Part shown: piece by piece, positions 58,623 through 64,000 of the stretch | How the letters are laid out: each line of letters opens with the position of its first letter | Position numbering within the stretch: the stretch's first letter is position 1 | Assembly (NCBI GenBank): GCA_965226435.1 | Contig: CBDDCY010000012.1 | Location: forward strand, 553,138-617,137 | Length of the DNA: 64,000 nucleotides | Direction of reading: 5' to 3' | Source of the DNA: Bryobacterales bacterium | Lineage (GTDB): Bacteria; Acidobacteriota; Terriglobia; Bryobacterales; UBA6623 | The notes under the pieces: generated by a model | Seen by the model: only the letters and a program-made list of their open reading frames with translations | Databases searched by the model: none | Told to the model about the DNA's origin: nothing | Program-made: the position numbers and the translations under genes

Positions 58623-59975
58623 TTAGAGCACCCACGGCTTGCGGTACTCGCGGCTCAGCATGGCCGAGGCGCCGGGGTCGTCGAGGATCTCTTCCTTCGC
58701 GGGGTCCCAGCGCAGCTCGCGCCCGGTCCGCAAGGCGATATTGCCTAGGTGAGCGACAGTCACCGAACGGTGGCCGGTCTCGGCCGAGACAATGGTTTTC
58801 TCTCCGGAGAAGACGCAGTCAACGAAATTCGTGACGTGGTTTTCACTGTGGTAGAGGCGGATTTCGTTCTCACCGATTTCGGAGTTGTAGATTTCTTGTG
58901 AACTGGCCCAGTGGAAACCTCGGGTAACCCCGAGCCAACCATCGTCTCCGCCGAACGTCACTCCCTGACACTCCGGAAATTCCCGGCCCCGCATGGGTTC
59001 ATAGTTGACGATGACGCGCACGCCGCTCTGGTAGCGACACTCAAAGGAAAATTCGCTCGCCGTGTCGTAAACGGGGTGATCAGAGAACTTGGCTTTGGGC
59101 CGTTTGATCGCGACCGGGCCGCTGTGATCCATATCCATGGCCCATTGAGCGATGTCGAATTCATGGGCGCCCCAGTCGGTAACTTGCCCGCCGGAGTAGT
59201 CGTAGTTCCACCGGAAATTGACGCCGACGCGGGCCGCTGCATAGGCGGCCTCGGGCGCGGGCCCGAGCCACATGTCGAAGTTGAAGCCGTCGGGAACCGG
59301 CGCGGGTTCGGTGAGGTGGGCGGTTTTGCCGTAGTCGGGCGTGCCGCCCGGCAGCACGCAGCGGACCGTGTGCAGCTTGCCGATACGGCCGTTTCGCACG
59401 AGTTCGCAGACGCGGCGGTATTCGGGCGAGGAGCGTTGCTGGCTGCCGGTTTGCCAAACAATGCCCGCGCGCTCGACCTCGGTGACGATGCGGCGGCCCT
59501 CGGCGACGGTAAGCGCCAGCGGCTTTTGGCAATAGATATGTTTCCCGGCCCGCGCCGCCGCAATCGCGATGTAGGCGTGCCAGTGGTCGGGCGTGCCGAT
59601 GTAAACCGCGTCGAGGTCTTTCGAGGCCAGGACGTCGCGGAAGTCTTCATAGGCGGCACAGCCTGTTCCGCCGTAATGCTCGTCGACCAACAGGCGAGCG
59701 GGCTCGCGACCCCGCACCGACCCCAGCCAATAGCCCGAGCTTTCGCGGTTGACGTCACAGACGGAGACGATGCGAACCCGCTCGTCCTTGAGGAACCGCT
59801 TGATCCAGCCCGTTCCGTTATTGCCGGTGCCGATGAACCCGATAGTCATCTTGTTGCTCGGCGCGTCCTTGCCGAGCACCGAGCTGGGGACGATGGCGGG
59901 AAAAGCCAAGGCCGCAGATGATGCCAGGAATTTGCGACGAGTAGGTTGGGAGAGGGTCGATTTTTTTGCCGTCAT
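58623..59975 (-). CDS. Gfo/Idh/MocA-family oxidoreductase with a Tat signal
   Basis: MTAKKSTLSQPTRRKFLASSAALAFPAIV signal, Rossmann GFIGTGNNG, and IYCQKP. The ORF-track extension up to 60731 is judged spurious (Arg/Pro-rich, with no family signal). Confidence 0.8.
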   Translation of the reverse strand: MTAKKSTLSQPTRRKFLASSAALAFPAIVPSSVLGKDAPSNKMTIGFIGTGNNGTGWIKRFLKDERVRIVSVCDVNRESSGYWLGSVRGREPARLLVDEHYGGTGCAAYEDFRDVLASKDLDAVYIGTPDHWHAYIAIAAARAGKHIYCQKPLALTVAEGRRIVTEVERAGIVWQTGSQQRSSPEYRRVCELVRNGRIGKLHTVRCVLPGGTPDYGKTAHLTEPAPVPDGFNFDMWLGPAPEAAYAAARVGVNFRWNYDYSGGQVTDWGAHEFDIAQWAMDMDHSGPVAIKRPKAKFSDHPVYDTASEFSFECRYQSGVRVIVNYEPMRGREFPECQGVTFGGDDGWLGVTRGFHWASSQEIYNSEIGENEIRLYHSENHVTNFVDCVFSGEKTIVSAETGHRSVTVAHLGNIALRTGRELRWDPAKEEILDDPGASAMLSREYRKPWVL

Positions 59976-60191
59976 CACGGCACAAGTATAGACCTGATGT
60001 TGATGGCGGGGCAATCCGTTTGCACTCGTGTACGGGTCACGTGCCATGAGACAACCCCGCTCAATCATTTCAATGGCCGCGGCATATGAGCGGCAAAGCA
60101 CGACGGGGTTGGATTGAAAACCGGATGTCGCGATTTGCCGCTTGAATAGGGTGAGGGGTTCGCTTAAGCTTCGAATCTGGAGGGCTATGGG

Positions 60192-62299
60192 ATGCCGGAA
60201 CGAGATCATCAAGCGAGCGAACCAACCGCTGAAACCCCTTTGCAGGGTTGGAAAGAGATCTCCGGGTTTCTGGGGCGAGACGTACGGACTGCCCAGCGCT
60301 GGGAGACCTCGCTCGGACTGCCCGTGCGCCGCCATGGCGGCTTGGGTGGGAGCGTCTATGCGTATCCCAGTGAAATTGAGGCCTGGAGGGCATCGTACCC
60401 GACCAATACGGACTCGAAAGCGGAAGAGCAAACTCGTGACGCCCCGTTTCGGCGGGTCCGATCGATATTTTCCGGGCTTGCGGCCGCCGGGGTCATCGTT
60501 GCGGTGTTTCTCGCGATTCGCTTTGGCCCCGTCCTCAACCCTCCCTCTCCTTTCGTACAGGCCGCGCAAGACGAGCTTCGCAACGAATTGCTTTGGCCGG
60601 AGGCCGCGGCCGTCAGCCCGCAGGGTTCCGTGTCCTCGGACGGGAAGCTCGTGACTTACGTCGACTGGGGAGATGAAGGGAATCTGGCGATAAGGAACCT
60701 CGAAACAGGGGAGAGCCGGAGGCTCACCCACACCGCAAACGCGGTCAGCGGGAGCGGGGACGACAGTCCCACCTTCGCTATGAATTCGAGGATCTCACCC
60801 GACGGCAAACGGGTTGTTTACACTTGGGCCTACCCCAGCCCGTCCGGTGAGACCGGCGAGATCCGGCTGCTGAGTTTGGGCGACGACTCCGCGGAGCCTC
60901 GGATTCTATGGAGCCCCACGGACGGCGATTTTGCCTCCGTTCAGGGCTGGTTCCCCGGCGGTGACCGCGTTGCCGCCGTAGTTATCAGGGCTGATAGGAG
61001 CCAACAGATTGTCACTGTGTCATTGGCGGACGGCGCGGTACGGCAGATCCGTTCCATTGATTGGGTCCCATGGCCGGGTTCCGTTGTGCGAGTCTCCCCG
61101 GACGGGCGGTATCTGGCCTACAGCCGTACTCATTCAACCGAAGGCACACAAAAGGACATCTACCTGTTGGCGGTGGACGGCCAATCCGAATCCGCGATCG
61201 TGAAACATGCCGCCCGTGACGAAGTGGTGAGTTGGAGCGCGGCCGGCACACATCTTCTCTTCAACAGCGACCGGAGCGGACAGCCCGGGCTGTGGGCGCA
61301 GCAGGTCGACCAGGGGACGGCCGTGGGTGAACCGATGCTGGTCATGTCCAACCTGGACGTCGGCAGTGGAATGGGCATCACTCCCGAAGGCACGCTTCAC
61401 TACGCGGTGCACGTGTCCCGCCGTCGGCTGAAACTTGCGAGATTGACATGCAAACCGGCAAGCTCTTGCGGCAGCCCGTCAACCTGATCGAACGATTCGT
61501 CGGCGGCAACAGCAGAGGCATCTTCTCTCCCGAGGGCGGCAAGCTGGCTTACGTCTCCGAGCGCGGGGGCAGGAACCGGCATGTGATTGTCATCCGCTCG
61601 CTCGCAACCGGAGAAGAGCGAGACCTGCCGCGCCGATTGGATCTGGCTTGGCGGCTTAGTTGGCAGCGGGACGGAGCACGTCTGCGCGTCGGGGGCCGTG
61701 ACCTCAACGGCCGATACGGCGTTTACGGCGTGGACGAGGCAACCGGCGAGACCAAGCTCATCGTTGCTAACCAGCCTGACATGGGGCACGCCGTATGGAC
61801 ACCGGACGGGAAGGGTATCTTGCACCGCAACCACCAGGCCGAGGGACCGTCGCTTCATTTCTATAGCTTGGCCGACGGATCGGTCCGGACCGTCCCGGGC
61901 AAGTTCGGAGGATACAGTTTCAGTCTGTCTCCGGATGGTCGCTGGATCGCCACCATCGATGAAAGTAAGGAGATCCGGGTGCATCCCGCGGAAGGCGGCG
62001 ACGGACGCGTTTTGGCGAGCGCCGAAGAGGGTCGGCGCTTTGGGCGTTGGACGGTTTGGACGCCCGACGGCAAGGCGCTGCTGGTGCTCGAGGGTGCGTC
62101 GGGAGAGGGCAACGATCCGTGGACGCTTTGGATTGTTCCGGTGGACGGCTCAACTCCGATCGAGACCGAGCTGCGGCATAAGCTTGCTAATGCCGGTGCC
62201 TGGCCGCTTAGGATCCACCCGGATGGAAAGACCGTGGTCTACGGCGCGGGCGGATCTTTTCGGCAGTTCTGGGCGCTGCATGACCTCACGTTTGAATAG
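60192..62299 (+). pseudogene. HTH - TM - TolB-like beta-propeller protein with one frameshift near 61440
   Basis: N-terminal LQGWKEISGFLGRDVRTAQRWETSLGLPV (HTH), a TM helix (IFSGLAAAGVIVAVFLAI), and repeated SPDG(K/R)xxxY propeller blades. The reading continues from the 60192 frame into the 61448 frame (LKLA|EIDMQTGKLL) if one G is restored. Confidence 0.65.
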
Positions 62300-62541
62300 C
62301 TCAAAGCAGCCGCGGAGTAACTTGTTATGCGGAGACGCCTGCTGATCGAAGCTGTGGTCGTTATGGTGCAGACGGCGATTCTGATCGGTCTGAACGCGAC
62401 GATTGGGCTGTCGGGTTCCGACCGCGAGACGAAGGCGGAAACCGCTGAGCCTCTTCGGGCTGTGCAGGTGGAGCCGACTAAACAGGACCCGCGTCCACGC
62501 AAGCGGTAATCGATGCGGATTTCGTTGACGCCGGATTCGCC

Positions 62542-63051
62542 CTACAGCAGCGACTGAAGGTAATTCACGATTTCGGGGCGCTCCCAATCTTCCGCGCCCA
62601 CGTATTTCTGAATGACCTGGCCCTGGCCGTTGATGAGATAGCTTTCGGGGTATTTCATGGTCCCGTAGCGTGAGCTGACAATGCGCTCGGGGTCGCGGAC
62701 GGTGGGAAACTTCACGCCGTAGCGGTCAAGAAACCGCCGGTAGACGTCCTCTTGCTCATCCACGCTGACCGCCAGGATAACCAACCCGTCCTCTCGAAAT
62801 CGCCCGTAGAGACGATTGAGCGAGGGGACTTCGGCGACGCAGGGCGGGCACCAGGTGGCCCAAAAGTTGAGCAGCACCAACTTGCCGCGGTAATCGGCCA
62901 GACGCACCCCACCGGCCAACTCGAATTCAGGGGCTTCGTCGCCGACCTCGACGTTGTGAATTTCAAAATAGGGAACGATGCGGTAGAGCAAAACGCTCAT
63001 CAGCGCGACGGCCGTCGCGGCAATGCAAATCTCGCGTTTTGCCCATGCCAT
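62542..63051 (-). CDS. TlpA/ResA-like periplasmic thiol-disulfide oxidoreductase
   Basis: Signal-anchor and the WATWCPPC active site. Start at MAWAKREIC (63051). Confidence 0.8.
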   Translation of the reverse strand: MAWAKREICIAATAVALMSVLLYRIVPYFEIHNVEVGDEAPEFELAGGVRLADYRGKLVLLNFWATWCPPCVAEVPSLNRLYGRFREDGLVILAVSVDEQEDVYRRFLDRYGVKFPTVRDPERIVSSRYGTMKYPESYLINGQGQVIQKYVGAEDWERPEIVNYLQSLL

Positions 63052-63097
63052 AATGAGGTTCCGATCCCACTGTAGCAAGCGTCGGGAACCTTGGCAA

Positions 63098-63520
63098 ATG
63101 GTGACGATTACGCGCAAGGCCGAGTTTTCCGCATCCCATTATTGCGCCGTTCCCGACCTTTCGGACGAGGAAAACGAGGCGCTTTTCGGCAAGGCGGCGC
63201 GCCCGGCCGGCCATGGGCACAACTACGTGCTGGAAGTCACGGTCGCCGGAGAGGTCGACCCGGTCAACGGCATGATCATGGACCTGAAGGTACTCAAAGG
63301 CCTGATCAACGAACATGTCGTCGAGGTGTACGATCACCGCTTCCTTAACAAGGAAGTGCCGCCGTTTGACCGCGTCGTGCCGACGCCGGAGAACATCGCC
63401 GCCGATATATGGACCCGCATCGAAGGGGCTGTCGCCGGCGAGCGGCACAAGCTGCACCAGGTGCGTCTCTGGGAGACGCCCGATCTGTGTGTCGACTATT
63501 TCGGACCCGGAGGCGAATAA
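63098..63520 (+). CDS. 6-pyruvoyl-tetrahydropterin synthase/QueD-family protein, divergent paralog
   Basis: SASHY...GHGHNYVLEV, and the E/H region WETP. The canonical GKC Cys is replaced (GKAARPAGHGH). Confidence 0.7.
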   Translation: MVTITRKAEFSASHYCAVPDLSDEENEALFGKAARPAGHGHNYVLEVTVAGEVDPVNGMIMDLKVLKGLINEHVVEVYDHRFLNKEVPPFDRVVPTPENIAADIWTRIEGAVAGERHKLHQVRLWETPDLCVDYFGPGGE

Positions 63521-63534
63521 CGCCCCGAAACTCC

Positions 63535-63957
63535 ATGCCGCGACTGACCAAACGCTACCCCTTCAGCGCCTCGCACCGGCTGCACGCGGCCGAACTGAGC
63601 GCGGAGGAAAATTTGCGCTTATTCGGTAAGTGCAACAACCCCCACGGGCACGGCCACAATTACACCTTGGAGGTGAGCGTCAGCGGCCCGGTCGACCCGG
63701 GTTCGGGCATGGTGATCCCGCGGGCGCGGCTGGACGACGTTGTCGAGCGGCACGTGCTTTCGGAAATCGATCACGTCGATCTCAACCGCGATGTCGAGGA
63801 GTTGCGCGACACGGTGCCAACCACGGAGAATTTAGCGTTACTCATTGCCGCGCGGCTGGGGCGGGCGTGGCGTCGGGAATTCGGCGCGGAGGGCCCGCGG
63901 GTAGAGCGGGTCCGCGTTGAGGAAACAGCGCGCAACAGCTTCGAAGTCGTTGTATAG
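63535..63957 (+). CDS. queD: 6-carboxy-5,6,7,8-tetrahydropterin synthase
   Basis: FSASHRL...FGKCNNPHGHGHNYTLEV is the canonical QueD/PTPS motif. 140 aa. Confidence 0.8.
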   Translation: MPRLTKRYPFSASHRLHAAELSAEENLRLFGKCNNPHGHGHNYTLEVSVSGPVDPGSGMVIPRARLDDVVERHVLSEIDHVDLNRDVEELRDTVPTTENLALLIAARLGRAWRREFGAEGPRVERVRVEETARNSFEVVV

Positions 63958-64000
63958 AGTCTCCGTTTGCCGTCGGTGTTGAAATTATGGCGAGTCATAC

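Noticed and set aside
59976-60731. An N-terminal 250-aa extension of the 702-aa minus-strand ORF (58623-60731).
   Set aside because: The Gfo/Idh/MocA protein has its own Met and Tat signal at 59975. The upstream part is low-complexity and overlaps the start of the plus-strand HTH/propeller gene.
63052-63097. A possible preQ1 riboswitch upstream of the QueD paralogs (hairpin ggttcc...gggaacc at about 63057-63090).
   Set aside because: The 46-nt divergent gap lacks the preQ1-I/II consensus that I recall. The hairpin has a 21-nt loop and no A-rich tail.
1-64000. A search for tRNA, rRNA, tmRNA, CRISPR arrays, integrase/att sites or recognisable phage-defence operons.
   Set aside because: I saw no cloverleaf-like or rRNA-like segments, no regularly spaced direct repeats, and no defence-system hallmark proteins by eye. 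A tRNAscan/Infernal/DefenseFinder run is needed to be sure.

Overview
High-GC (visually about 63-66%) bacterial chromosomal window. The gene content (Tat-signal Gfo/Idh/MocA oxidoreductases, a multiheme-cytochrome/TPR fusion, HEAT-repeat proteins, a DUF2339/DUF3999 pair) suggests Acidobacteriota or Planctomycetota, but I cannot resolve the phylum from sequence alone. The main feature is a roughly 16 kb minus-strand hopanoid biosynthesis supercluster (5180-21178). It reads hpnE-hpnD-hpnC, two Zn-dependent alcohol dehydrogenases, hpnG, hpnA, an inserted PIN toxin-antitoxin islet, hpnH, shc, ispH, hpnI, a pair of small ArnE/ArnF-like DMT half-transporters, and a GT8-like glycosyltransferase. The rest of the window is housekeeping and envelope genes: a secreted metzincin-like protease, a 7-heme cytochrome c/TPR protein, an S41 peptidase, glycosyltransferases, methyltransferases, PFK, MFS, acyl-CoA ligase, Sir2 and a QueD pair. 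Mobile and repetitive DNA is unusually dense. There are four IS elements: ISNCY-like, a second rve-type IS, IS630 with an A_AAA_AAG -1 frameshift site, and IS256 inserted in an S8 protease gene with a 9-bp target duplication. There is also a 104-109 bp MITE-like palindromic repeat in three copies and a three-hairpin REP-like element in two inverted copies. The two rve-type IS elements share a conserved, self-complementary non-coding module between the transposase stop and the right inverted repeat. Its mismatches become G-U pairs only on the minus strand. Several genes are broken by frameshifts at short homopolymers (DUF2339, DUF3999, one transposase, an HTH/beta-propeller gene), so both pseudogenisation and assembly indel error must be considered. 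I saw no rRNA, tRNA or CRISPR array. All functional calls rest on motif and family recognition by eye; no database search was run.
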